Notes under the pieces: model-generated | The model's database searches: none | Told to the model about the DNA's origin: nothing | What the model saw: the letters and a program-made list of their open reading frames with translations, nothing else | Program-made: the position numbers and the translations under genes | Origin: Octopus bimaculoides | Taxonomy: Eukaryota | Reading direction: 5' to 3' | Assembly: GCF_001194135.2 (NCBI RefSeq) | Contig: NC_068983.1 | Location: forward strand, 85,768,081 to 85,827,178 | DNA: 59,098 bases | Part shown: piece by piece, positions 12,484-24,807 of the stretch | Position numbering within the stretch: position 1 is the first letter of the stretch | Layout: every line of letters starts with the position of its first letter

Positions 12484-12645
12484 CAAGCTTCTTTCTGTTT
12501 CCATCAACCAAATACACTCACATGGCTTTGGTTGGCCTACAGCTATAATAGAAGACACTTGCCTAATGAGCCATACAGTTGAATTGAACCCAAGACCATC
12601 TGCTTGGGAAGCAAACTTCTTACCATGTAACCACACATCTACCAA
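12195..12645 (-). mobile_element. SINE family B with an expanded internal (TA)n
   Basis: Both SINE halves flank a ~65-bp (TA)n at 12416-12480. Confidence 0.85.
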
Positions 12646-14199
12646 TACTCTGGACTGGCTTAAATAAATTACTGCTCTCTACATGACTCCACCTCCAACA
12701 ATTACAGCATTATCCCAGTTTGACTTCACTCCCAGCAACTACTGCAGCATCCTATGATTCCACCATTAAAGTATCTCCCCTGTAAGATTCCACCCCCACC
12801 CCAACAATTTTTGCAGTCTTCCTGTATGACCCCACTCCCAGCAATCACTTCAGAATCCCACTGTGACTCCTCTTCCTCTTAAAACAAACAGAAGCTTAAT
12901 GTCAAGCTAAGTAAATGTAACCATATCCATAGCTAAACAGAGAGCAATAGCTGCCATGGATAAAGACAAGGTCAAGATGGCAGAATCATTAGCATGTTGG
13001 ACAAACTTTCTTAGCAGCATTTCACTTGTCTTTACTTCCTGAGTTCAAATTCTACCAATGTTGACTCTGCCTTTTGTCCTTTCAGGGTCAATGCAGTAAC
13101 CAGCAGTTGAGCATCGGGGTCAATGTAATTGACTAGCCCCTCTCCTCCAAAAGTTAATGTCTTTTGCCTATAGGAGAAAGGATTATTAATGATATAAGGG
13201 TAATACATAGGCAGAACTGAATTAATATAACAGAAACAAGATAATCTTTGTATCAGCAGAACATGTCAATTGATTTATAGAGGATGAATGCTGGGTAAAA
13301 AATAAATTCTGTTAACTGGTACTTGAAGGTACATGCCATACTAAAAGACCAAGAAATGGGAAGAAGTAGTGACGTTTACAGTTACAAACTTGAGATGACA
13401 GGCCTCAAAGATGTGATTAAAAAACATGAAAATAAGTAGACCTATCTCACCCAATGCCACATGGAAAAAAATGATGATGATGATGATATGATATACACAA
13501 GAATGTATATATTTAGGCTTCAGTATAAAAAAATTTCAAGTGTATAGTCCCTAAAGAGAACACAGTATATCTAACAACCAGTTTTAACCTAACTTATCTA
13601 GGTCAAAATCATGATCCGTCAGTTCTCAAATGTAATTGTTTTCTCAAAGGGTTATAAACACCAACATTATTTTTAGAACAAGGCTAAAAATATAATTACA
13701 GTTCCTTGGCCCATGATTTTACAATATTGCCATAGCGAAAAGGGAAAATAGAAAAGCTATAACAATGGCATTACTCAATCCTATATAAAACATAATTTTA
13801 TATCACTGTTGTCATTTAACCACAGGTCAAGTCTGATCAAGACATTCCTGTCAAAACCATTTTCTTTTGCTCAGGGCATCTTCAACTACATTATCATAAG
13901 TGTTTTCTTTGATTAAAACAAAGCTTACAATGTGTGGAGAAACTTTCCCATCTCCATAAACTGGTTAATATTTATCCAGTAATGCAATTATTTGAACTAC
14001 AAAAATGACTTCATGCATCACATAACCATCAAGCTATACCATTTTCTAAGTTGAAACCAATCCTTGTCAAAAGAATACCCACCAACGTTGCGCAATCCTT
14101 TCCCCCCATTTCACAGTAAAGATAGTTGTATGAGTACTACTCCCACAGAGAAAGCCTTTGGTACCTAGTCAAAGATAGAAGTGCATCATCTTGCATAAA

Positions 14200-15690
14200 T
14201 ACATGTTAAGTGCAAAAGTATACCTGATTACATATAACCAAAAAAGGTTACAAGGTCAAATAATGTCCCACCCATTACCCTAGAGCTAACCTTATATTCA
14301 CCAAACTCTTCGATTTCCCTCCCTTCATAGGAATTTTCCGATATTTGGAAACTGTCTCTCATCTCCAAGAAAGTCAACCCCTCTGATTCTACTAACTATT
14401 GCCCTATTTCACTTACTTCAAATGGAGACAGTCACCTACAATATCATCCAACCCACTGAATCTCATTCTCTCCTACAAGACCACCAATACAATTTCTATT
14501 AAACCAAATCCAATGCTGACTTACTCTTTTATGATATCTATCAAGGGGCTCTGACCTTGGAGAAATTTAGTGAAAGTAATATTGTCACCCTAAACATCAG
14601 CAAAGCTTTCAAATATATCTGGAATGCAAATCTCCTATTGAAGGGACTATACACTTGAAATTATTTTATACTGAAGCCTAACTATATCTGGAATGCATAT
14701 CTCCTATTGAAGCTGCTCACATTAATAATCCTGTCTTTCATTTCTTGGATTGGTAGCTTCCTATCAGACTATGGCATGTGTTGCTTGAGCTCTTTCTGCT
14801 CCTCCTTCATTCTATCACTCCTGGCATACCACAGGGTTTGGTTTCACACCCTACTTTCTTACTTCTATATACATCAATAACCTACTTGCCATCATGTTCA
14901 ATGATGTCTGCTGTTATACATGTGATAATAACCTTTATTCTTCCCTAACTTTCCCCAGCTCTGCATCACTCATTTACAACTTTGACACCACATGCCAAAC
15001 TCACACTGATTCTATGAGCAGAGATCTCAAAATTATCTTCCAATGGGGGTATACCAAACTTTTCTTTTTCAACAACAAAATACAAATGCTATTCATTTCA
15101 AGAAAACACCATTGCAGCACCTTCCCTAACCATGAGCAGTACATACTAGAGCCTTTAGATGTTGGCCTCATTATTACTAAGGACCTCTTCTAGTGAAAGT
15201 ACAACCTTAATGTATCTAGGCTGACCCTTTACTGCATGTGATCTAGAATGTTTGTGTGTACAGTATTTTCCCAGGTACCATTCCATGGTAGGCTTCTCTT
15301 GAGCTTTGTAGAATATTGATAATTGTTAAGAGCAGAAGTATCTTTTAGTCATGAGGTGAACATATAAAGTCTCTCATAAACATGCTGTAGTCTCATGTCT
15401 ATAGGCATGCTGTTGCCTCCCTCTGCCTATATATAATGACTTCTGCTCCTCAAAACTGGTTGGGCTCATTCCCTACGTCCTCCTCTCATCTCCCTTGTTT
15501 TGTGTCCCCTCCCCTCTGCTTTCCATTAATCACTATGCCCAGTCTTTCCTTCACAGAGCTTCAGCATTCTGGAACTCCCACCCTGTTCATGTCTCTCGTG
15601 CAATGGTTCCACAAGACCAATGGCATCAATCTCACTAGTTTTGAAGGCTTTCTGAAAGTTAAGGATATTCCTCTGTTTCAGTAGATGAGA
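14200..15690 (+). mobile_element. Decayed CR1/Jockey-group LINE RT fragment
   Basis: Frameshifted translations FPDIWKL, NYCPISLTS, VTLNISKAF, GIPQG...LLLYINNL...CYTCDNNLY correspond to the NYRPISL, LDISKAFD, GVPQGS and YADD motifs of CR1-type RTs. Confidence 0.8.
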
Positions 15691-16359
15691 AAATAAGTGA
15701 AAAATATGGTAGGGTGATTTGAAGAAGATTTGGTTGTTATTTCTAATAGTAGATTAGGTGATTACGTAGATACTTCTACTTTGGCCTGTGTTGATATGAG
15801 TACATATTTTATCTCTCATCACTGTTCTTTCTGTACAAGCCAGGTAACCCTAAATAAATGAATGCATTATAGAATGCCTTGTACCTCTTATGAGGTACAA
15901 GACAACCCTGATTGTGTTGATGCTATTATAATTCCATTCAGGACAGACCCTCTGTAAAATGAATGAGTCAAGTGAAGCTGAGGGAACTCTTCAACCCTGT
16001 ACAAAACATAACAATTCTGCCTAGTGTTGGTACCATGATAAAATGTGCCTAAGTCCACTCTGTTAAGTGTGGGGTTGAAGATGTAATGATGTCTTTAGGG
16101 CTGGTGTCACAATAAAATGCATCCAGTATACTTCATGATGTGGTTGATATTAGGAAGGACCTCCAGTAGTAAAAACCAAGTTAAAAATATGAAATTCATG
16201 AGAAGGCTGTCATCCTCTGACCTATCCAATGATGTCTTTTTGGAAAGCAGATAAAATGATGACAATGATATTCCCTTTTGGATTGATACCTTATAGTTGT
16301 GGAACTTCATACTTCAAAGCCCCCTGTGAAGCTTAAATCTCATGGTTAGGGCCACCCAA

Positions 16360-16695
16360 GCCAGATAGATCAAAGACTGACAAAGCACATTCCGCTAGTC
16401 TTCCAGGCTGAGGGTTGGGCACAGGGCTAACTACCCAATCTCATAAGAAATAGTTTTGTTATACAAAAAGCAGAAAAAAAAAACTGACCTAGCTATATGT
16501 AATGGGCTGGAAAGTCCTCCTGTGAACAGCAGAAGTGAAAGTTGAAAGAGATCCATTGAGAGGACCAAACAAAGAAGAGAGCTTGAGACCAGGAACCACA
16601 TCTGGGAAACCATTGAGAAGCTGGTCCAGAATGGCCAAGAGTGGTGAACTTTCATTCCTGCCTTACATGCAGGAATTATAAGAATGGGTGAGTGA
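16360..16695 (+). mobile_element. Degenerate RTE-related non-autonomous fragment
   Basis: ggctgagggttgggcacagggctaact head, then a gaaagagatcc...gagaagctggtccagaat tail resembling RTE 3' ends. Confidence 0.4.
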
Positions 16696-16734
16696 TATTT
16701 CCATAAATTACTATACTCTCTTTACTCATTTACT

Positions 16735-17095
16735 TGATTCAGTCATTTGACTGCAGCCATGCTGGAGCACCGCCTTTAGTCGAGCAAATTGACCCCAGGA
16801 CTTATTCTTTGTAAGCCTAGTACTTATTCTATCCGTCTCTTTTGCTGAACCGCTAAGTTACAGGGACCTAAACACACCAGCATCGGTTGTCAAGCGATGT
16901 TGGGGGAACAAACACACATACACATATATATACGATGGGCTTCTTTCAGTTTCCGTCTATCAAATCCACTCACAAGGCTGTGGTCGACCCGAGGCTATAG
17001 TAGAAGACACTTGCCCAAGGTGCCACGCAGTGGGACTGAACCCAGAACTATGTGGTTGGTAAGCAAGCTACTTACCACACAGCCACTCCTGCACC
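16735..17095 (-). mobile_element. SINE family B, near-complete copy
   Basis: High identity to the reverse complement of 19977-20345. Confidence 0.9.
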
Positions 17096-17249
17096 TATAT
17101 TGTTAATATTATATTTATTACTGAATAAACAAGATAGAATATGAAAATAAGAATAGCATTATTCCATCACAAATCTAAGATAAATTAGAAAACAGTGGCA
17201 CACAAACATCTATAATGTGTAAATGTAGTAAATATAAAACTCCAGTGGT

Positions 17250-17523
17250 TACAACAATGAGGGTTCCAGTTAATCTGATCAATGGAACAGCCTCCTTGCG
17301 AAATTAATATGCAAGAGGCCGAGCACTCCACAAACACGTGTACCCTTAACATAGTTCTCAGGGAGATTCAGCGTGACCAGATTACTCATTGTTGCCAGCT
17401 GAGTGAACTGGAACAATGTGAAATAAAGTGTCTTGCTCAAGGATGCAATGCACCACTTGGAATTGAACTTACGACCTTGCAATCATGAGCTGAATACCCG
17501 AATCACTAAGCCATGCACCTTCA
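17250..17523 (-). mobile_element. tRNA-derived SINE family D (CORE-like ccttgagcaagacacttt domain; 3' tail shared with family C)
   Basis: Minus strand gives a Pol III-like head tggcttagtg...ggtcgtaagttcaattcc. The tail gggttccagtt..gatcaa.ggaacagcc is shared with 25165-25515 and 52383-52772. Confidence 0.75.
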
Positions 17524-18135
17524 CTGCAGTAAATATGATGTGTAAATAAAGATAAAATGTATTTACCAAAGAAAATGTAAAACATAGTGTTGCACATAGT
17601 ATGTCAGTTCACTTGTAAAGATTTTGTTCTTCATTTTGGTGTTGTTTAGCCCACATCAACCCTGAACAGGCAAACTTCTGATCAAAAGAATTCCAGCCAT
17701 GATGGTCATGTTCTTTATTTTATTAAACTATTGAAATTATCATGAAAGGAATGCAGAAAGTGGGCATAACTTTTATTATAAACAGACACAGGCTGCTTGA
17801 CTTGCACATGCTTGTAGAGTAACTCTTCTTCTTCAGCACCTCTTTTTGTTCTTCACTGCAGGCAAGTAATCAGGAAAAGAGTCTTCTGATAATAGGTCAT
17901 GTGATATATTATGACTGAAGCATAACTTATAAAACATATTGGTCAATACATTCAGATGCTACGGAAATTTCTTTCACTGATCAAGCAAAAGGGCAATTTT
18001 ACAATTGTTATTAGCAACTTTTTTTGGCATGTAGTTTTAGTACAAAACAGCTAAATTAAGTAAATCCATTTTCACACAATATTTTGAAAATGATATTACT
18101 TAGTCAAAACAACAACAACTAGTCCTGAAAATTAA

Positions 18136-18477
18136 TTTGATGTTTTTTCCCCTCAGGATATAGAAAATAATGAGAAAAAATATTTAAATTTCACTTTAGA
18201 TGACACAGATATCAGTATTTCTGTTGTCAACAGTAGTAAGAATGATATTTGTATAAACAAGTGGAATCAATTATGGTATGACAGAAATATCCCTGAGTTG
18301 GCAAGAGTAACAGAAAATGAAAGGCAAGACGGAGGTAGATTCTGTTTAAAGTATACGTTTCCATGCATATTTATAAACATCAACCAATTTAAAATGCTTG
18401 ATGCTAACTGTAGAAGAAATGAAACCAGTTTCTTTTTTAGGATGTATGATTGTCCAGCAACATCTTATAACCTATAA
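18136..18477 (+). pseudogene. Decayed coding relic of unknown family (113 open codons: FDVFSPQDIENNEKKYLNFTLDDTDISISVV...KWNQLWYDRNIPELARV...MYDCPATSYNL*)
   Basis: Stop-free frame in ~70% AT DNA, with a diverged paralogue at ~28150-28700 that aligns codon-wise. The upstream continuation has stops and frameshifts. Confidence 0.5.
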
Positions 18478-18536
18478 TGAACTACAGATCTATTACTGTA
18501 CTGTGTTTCGGGAAAGTTAGAATGCTTTATAAACAT

Positions 18537-18761
18537 TTAACTCTCGCATTTAAACTGGCCATATCCAGCCAAAGTATCCTACCTGTTTTATGTTCAAACT
18601 GGCCAGATGTGGCTCTCACATCAACCTTACAATATCATTCTAAAAATTGACAGTTACCTCATCAAAATCTCAAAGCTACAAGATAATGCATGATTAATTC
18701 AAAACAATGTGAATATATAAACATTAGTTTTGACAGAACAACGTGAATGCTAAAGAGTTAA
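18537..18761. mobile_element. piggyBac-like MITE PB-1
   Basis: TTAA at both ends; TIR ctctcgcatt/aatgctaaagag. Confidence 0.8.
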
Positions 18762-19256
18762 GGATATCATTTTTATCATACTAATAAAATCAGTCAACAC
18801 ACTTCCCAATGAATAACCCGTGGACATGATAAACTCAGTCATGCGAGATGTGTCATGGATATAATTGTGAAATCATTTTAAAAGTGCATATAACCCACTC
18901 TTGGAGGCTTTTATTGATGAAATTATATGAAGTTATAATTGATTGGTTATGTGGGCCATTTAAAATTTAAACCAGGTCTTCCATTAAACTTGTGAAAAGA
19001 GCTGTTAGTCTAGTCTAGTTGTTTGGTGATACACACAGCTTGTAAATTTATACAGGAGAGAAAAGTTATATTACTTTGAAGTAAACTTAGGCGGCAGTAT
19101 TAATAGACCTGATGAAACCTGTATTTTGTTAGCAAGTCATTTATGTTTATCGTAATAAGGTTTTTTTTTTTTATTGGATTTATTTCTGAAACTTAAAGAA
19201 ACTCTAGCATGCAAAACAGCGTGGAGTAAACAGAGAAGTAATAATGTTATTTAAAT

Positions 19257-19948
19257 CAGTGGTTCTCAACTATTTTTTGCCTATGGGCCCTTTGGTTCTT
19301 ATTTTAGTCAGGTGAACCTTCATAACCATTTCATGTTTAAAAAATCCTATTATATTTTTATAACTAAATATTGTATAAAAATAATTGTTAAAATGTTTAT
19401 CGCCACATCAATATAGCTGTTCTGTTCTTACCGTTTTTAACCCCAGTAGGAGCCTCCTTCAACTGGTTATCAATGCAATCTGCATCTGATATATATTGCA
19501 AGCAGGGGAGCGAACCCCTACCATCTTCCAGCAAACGATGGGATCACCAGACTGTACAGTCTTGGGCTATTTGTACCGGTCTTCAGTGGTAAACACCTGT
19601 CTGCTGGAGATAGCAGTGATTTGCTCCAGCTTGCAATATACAGAAAACTAAGCGACAATCATTCACTGATCTTGCAACAAGTAAAGTAGTTAGTTAGAAA
19701 ATCTAGCTGGAGGAAGCTCGTCCTGGGGTTAAAAATGGTAGTAACATCAATTCTTACAGAACAGCCATATTCATGTGGAGATAAAACATTACTTCTCAGT
19801 AGAGTTACTACTTTCATCTCTTACAGATGATTTTCTAATTAACTACTTTAATTGTTAAAATATTTTGTGTGTTGTAGAAATATAACCGATTTACTGCCCA
19901 TAAATTTTAACAACAAAATCTTATATGGACCCTGGTTGAGAACTACTG
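19257..19948. mobile_element. hAT (Charlie-type) MITE containing a nested foldback insert
   Basis: TIR cagtggttctcaac / gttgagaactactg; 8-bp TSD atttaaat / ctttaaat (7/8 match). Confidence 0.85.
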
Positions 19949-19976
19949 CTTTAAATGAAACTAAAATATATAAATA

Positions 19977-20121
19977 GGCGTAGGAGTGGCTGTGTGGTAA
20001 GTAGCTTGCTTACCAACCACATGGTTCTGGGTTCAGTGTCTTCTACTATAGCCTCGGGCCGACCAAAGCCTTGTGAGTGGATTTGGAAGACGGAAACTAA
20101 AAGAAACCCGTCATATATATG

Positions 20122-20156
<35 letters not shown>

Positions 20157-20345
20157 CTGTGTTTGTCCCCACAACATCGCTTGACAACCGATGCTGGTGT
20201 GTTTACGTCCCCGTAACTTAGTGGTTCGGCAAAAGAAACCGATAGAATAAGTACTAGGCTTCTAAAGAATAAGTCCTGGGGTCGATTTGCTCAACTAAAT
20301 GCGGTGCTCCAGCATGGCCACAGTCAAATGACTGAAACAAGTAAA
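19977..20345 (+). mobile_element. SINE family B reference copy: tRNA-like head, internal (TA)n(TG)n, 3' module
   Basis: Head gtggctgtgtggtaag...gggttcagt (A/B-box-like). About 18 related copies in the window (e.g. 20635-20900, 29470-29705, 38670-38950, 48080-48440, 50770-51250, 58290-58465). Confidence 0.9.
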
Positions 20346-21292
20346 AGAATATAAGAAATAAGTAACTTGGTTGCTACAGTTTGAAAAGATAAGAGGGATT
20401 TAAAGCTCTTATATACAAATACTACCAAAAAAGAACAACATGTCACTAGAAGACAAAATAATGGTAATTTGGAAAATGTAATTTTCTCCCTATAAAATCA
20501 AACTTTATAATAAATTAATAAACCAGGCAGATTTTTTTCCTGATTAATTTAGTTGAGTTATGATGTATGTAGGAATGAAGAAAGTATAAATCAGATCTTT
20601 ATTTTTAATTTTTAAAATTCTTTTTTAATTGCTTGTCATTGAACTGCGGCCATGCTGGGGCACTGCTTCGAAGGGTTTAGACAAAAAAAAAACCAGTACT
20701 TTTTGTTTTAAGCTAGATACTTATTCTATCACCCTCCTTTGCAAAACGAGGATGTAAACAAACCAACACACGCTTCTTTTAATTTCCATGTACCAAATCC
20801 ACTCACAAGGTTTTGGTTGACCTGGGGCTATTATAGAAAACACTCGCCCAAGCTGTCTTGCAGTGGGACTGAACCCAGAACCAGTCGAGTGGGAAGCAAA
20901 TTTCTTAAATTTTACAGGAATTGTGATAAAACTGAAGAATTGAGTAATGTTTATTAGTAAATGCTTACAAAATTTTCTCAAATACAAATGGGTGGTGGGT
21001 TCATTAATATTAATTTGGCTTTTATTGTTAAAGTGGAAATAAACCGAAGGACTTAAAGAGTTAATGTGCTGAAATATACAAACTTTAGTACTTTGAGCCA
21101 GATGGACTTCATTGTTGATAGTTAAGTATACTGGCTACTGATACAACCCAATGCCTTTGGTAGGATATAAACTCTTGACCTATGAACTTGGTTTATGTGT
21201 GGTCTGTGCAGAATGATTGTCAGCTTCAATTTTACAATAGTGAAACAATCCTGGTTTGAATGTAATTGAAAACTTGTGCTCTGAACAAAAAT

Positions 21293-21862
21293 GGGATCTT
21301 TTTTAAAACGGGGGCCACATTTTTCATTAACGAAACACTTTGAAACTTGGAACACTGGTAGAATGTGTCATATAAAACATTTTTTTCTTTTAGTCTTCTT
21401 AAAAAAAAAAGAAATCCATAAATTATTCCATGTTAAAGTTGTCGTATTTCTGTAATTTCAACCAATCACTGACGTCCATTCAGCCGATATACATTAAGTG
21501 CCGACTACATAAACAAACGATTCTGAAACAATTAACCCTAACCCTAACCCTAGGGTTAGGGTTAGGGTTAAAGCAAATTTAAAATGAAAAAAGCAAATAA
21601 AACGAAGGTATGGAGATTAAATACGCTTTACATCGCTTAATCATACAACGGAGTAAATATAAACAACTGAATACTTGTCAGTGATTGGTTGAAATTATCG
21701 AAATAAGACAATTTTTTACACGAAATAAATTCGAATACAAAAATATTTTTCTGTTCTATAACACAAAATAGATAAGTATACAAAGTTTGAAAGTCTTTCG
21801 GTACCAAAAACACTACGTAAAACATTAATGAAAAATGTGGCCCCCGTTTTAAAAAAGATCCC
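21293..21862. mobile_element. MITE with ~38-bp perfect TIRs and a central telomeric-repeat palindrome
   Basis: gggatcttttttaaaacgggggccacatttttcattaa versus ttaatgaaaaatgtggcccccgttttaaaaaagatccc. Flanked by aaaaat on both sides. Inner inverted repeat tttcaaccaatcactgac / gtcagtgattggttgaaa. Confidence 0.9.
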
Positions 21863-23051
21863 AAAAATGATATTTGGGTCAGCATATTTTGCATGGATTG
21901 CTAAAGTAGTGAAGCATTCTACACAAGGAATACTTGACAATATCTGTGGGCTATCTATTGTTAGTTTGTTTAAAAAGCCTGCTTAGTTCAGGATGAATGA
22001 ACTGCCCCTTGGCCTTGCTATTGATCAAAGGAAAATTGTCAATTGTCAGTTGCTAATGAGAACACTATGGATAGCCAGATGTTATTTGCAGGACAATATA
22101 CACATATACACATTCAAACATTGTAATTAACCTTCTGGATAATACAAGAAGACATGATTAGTTATATGCATGAAAGGTATTTTTAAATGACAAAAGTTAT
22201 ATTAGGATATTCAAGGTATCACATAAATTATTAAATTTATTAACATTATGTATGGATACTATAGTATATCTTGCTACATTTAATATACTGATATTTTCTA
22301 ACACCTACTCAATTACTTTTCTGAACTGCTCTACTGATGGGAATTCTGAACAACTTATATAGAATATTTCCCATTCTATTCATTAGAATTATGTCCATTC
22401 TTATGAAACATTCACAGGAAAAGAAATAAGGGCGAGAGACAGAGATGAGAGAGAGAGAGATAGATAGATAGATAGATAGAGAGAGTATGTATGAGTAAAC
22501 TACACTGTTTACAACTAGACAAGTATTTTGAACAGTTAAAAAAAGGTAAGTACAATGCATTTGAAAGAGGAAACCACTAAAGAGGCCCTTGATTACAGGA
22601 CATAATATAGCATAAAAGGAACACATTATTGGTATGAAGCCAAAGTTAATGGAAACAGAATATGGGTTGGCTTTCATACCAGATATAAGAGAAAGCATTG
22701 CTTCAGTGCAGGAATATGGCTGATTGAGATAACCCAATAATGTTGTTAAATGAGAGTTTCAGGTCATTTGTCAGATGGTATAAGGTTTCCTAGGGATTTA
22801 GTTTTAAAATTGCTTTTTCTCCTGTATTTTTGTTTCTCAGTGACTTATTATACAGAGTGCTATTTCAATAGGGATACAGGAATACATTAGTCATGGGCTG
22901 TAATAATGAGCACATTTAAGGATGATAAGCTCATCATAAAAGATGTTTAAGAAAGATATTCCTATCTATTTATTACACACATGTTCATGACAAAAGTAGA
23001 AAATGATGAGCTAGAAACAGCAGTTAAATCTCCCTTACATTATTACTGTTT

Positions 23052-23697
23052 TAATCCTTCTGATACCAACCTACCTGAAACTGTTTCTGGTTCAATGATA
23101 TAAATTTCCTGTTTAAAAAGAAATCTAAATAAAAACTTTCCATCAAAATTTCATATAAATTTATATTCTAGACATTAGCTTAATAATAATAATAATTATG
23201 ATGATGATCATCATTTAACATCCGTTTTCTATGCTGGTATGGGTTGGACGGTCTGACAAGAATTGGTAAAGTCAAGGGCTGCACCAGGTTCCACAGTCCA
23301 TTTTGGTTTGGTTTCTATGGTTGGATGCCCTTCCTAACACTAACCACTCCACTGAGTGTGCTGGGTGCTTTGTATGTGGCACCAGCAACCACATCAATTA
23401 ATGCTTTTTACATAGTACCTTTTAGGATCTCAATTCTGTTGTGGTGGGCAGGTCTTTTCAAGTACAGCAATGTGCCACATATTTTGATCCTCTGCCATCT
23501 TCTTTGTAAGGTTCAGCGTTTTGAGATCAGCCTTCAATATCATGTCCCATGTCTTCCTGGGTCTCCTTCTTCCACAACTTCCTGCCACTTTAAGTGATAC
23601 AGTTTTAAGTTATTTTACTAAATTCTTCACTATTAACCAAAATTAAGTGAAACAAAAGCTGTATATTTCAACAGAAATATGGAAACAAAAGGGTTAA
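23052..23697. mobile_element. piggyBac-like MITE family PB-2 interrupted by an RTE-tailed SINE (~23185-23600)
   Basis: ttaa|tccttctgataccaac ... aacaaaaggg|ttaa. An inverted copy ends at 56064 (gttggtatcaaaagggg|ttaa) and a right-end fragment at ~33480-33567. Confidence 0.65.
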
Positions 23698-24630
23698 AAA
23701 AATGAAAGACACATTAGATATACCACATAAAAGAAAGAAAAGGAAAGAACAGGATGGTCACAGGACACTTTTTCTTATGGGTTTGTTTGATCAGGATTCA
23801 TCTGGGTCAAACAACAACAGACAGAAAAACAAAAAAGAAATCTTTATTTCAAAATCCCAACTCATCACGAGAATATTTCAAATTTTATTTTCATCAATAA
23901 GTAATAAAAAAAAATTACAAGTATATATATATATATATATATATATATAATGCCTATGTGTTTTGGATATATGTCAGTGTGTGTATATGAAATCAGTCAA
24001 CTTTATGACAACTAATAGTTGGAAAAAAAAAAAAAATTAAATGAACAAAACAAGTCCTCAAGAATAAAAAAAGTGAGGAAACAAAAATTGGTTATTTAAA
24101 TCATAGATTTAAATGAATGTTAATTTTTTAAAAAATATATTTGTCTTTTTTTAAAAAAAACTTTTCTTTCTCAACTTTTAGTTATTAGTAGACATTAATT
24201 CTCAAAGAAAAATTGCTACTAACACAAGTTTATTAGCAGGATTACAGTTGTATACACTAGAGGTAATTAAACAAGACAACCACTGCAATTACAGGATGAA
24301 ATTAGAATACACTTGTTATACAGAGAGAAAAAAAAATTACCTATACAAATGTGTGTGTGTTTAGGTATATTTATAAACATACATAACATAAATCATTTAT
24401 GTATATGCATAAATATTTAAGTGAATGCATTGTATAACAATAATGGATGTATACAGATTTCTAGATATGCATGTGTGTGTGTGTGTGCACAAGTAAATTA
24501 ATGACAAGATGACTCTAAAGGCAGAGGAGAAAGAGAGGAAAAGAGAAGAGAGATTGATGAGAAATGGAGTCGAAGTGATTTCTACTTCATTACATATTCG
24601 TTCGTTTTAACATCCAAACCTATTGATGTG

Positions 24631-24807
24631 TTAAGGCTCTGCCAAACACTCCAAGCGATCAATGACGTGACGATAGATCTGCACTGTCTCATTGAATTGT
24701 TTGTCCAGCAGAGCATACTTCTGTTCAGCGTTCAGGTTAGGCATCGTGGCTGATAATTCATCAGGTTGAAGGATGGTTTCTAGTTTTTTGAAATCCCGAC
24801 CATTTTT
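24631..24807 (-). CDS. Terminal exon of the divergent TIKI/TraB-like gene: KNGRDFKKLETILQPDELSATMPNLNAEQKYALLDKQFNETVQIYRHVIDRLECLAEP*
   Basis: Strong acceptor tttttatatattttcag|AAA, 58 open codons, GC-richer than the flanks, followed by an AT-rich UTR-like stretch. PDELSATMP resembles TIKI PNFINATLP (recalled). Confidence 0.72.
   Translation of the reverse strand, partial: KNGRDFKKLETILQPDELSATMPNLNAEQKYALLDKQFNETVQIYRHVIDRLECLAEP

Noticed and set aside
15878-15901. Perfect 10-bp stem hairpin cttgtacctc-ttat-gaggtacaag
   Set aside because: Short and isolated, at the edge of a decayed repeat; no evidence of function.
24640-24720. Resemblance of QKYALLDKQF...VIDRLE to the TRPA1 C-terminal coiled coil
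   Set aside because: Generic helical pattern. No ankyrin or transmembrane exons upstream, whereas the upstream exons fit TraB/TIKI motifs.
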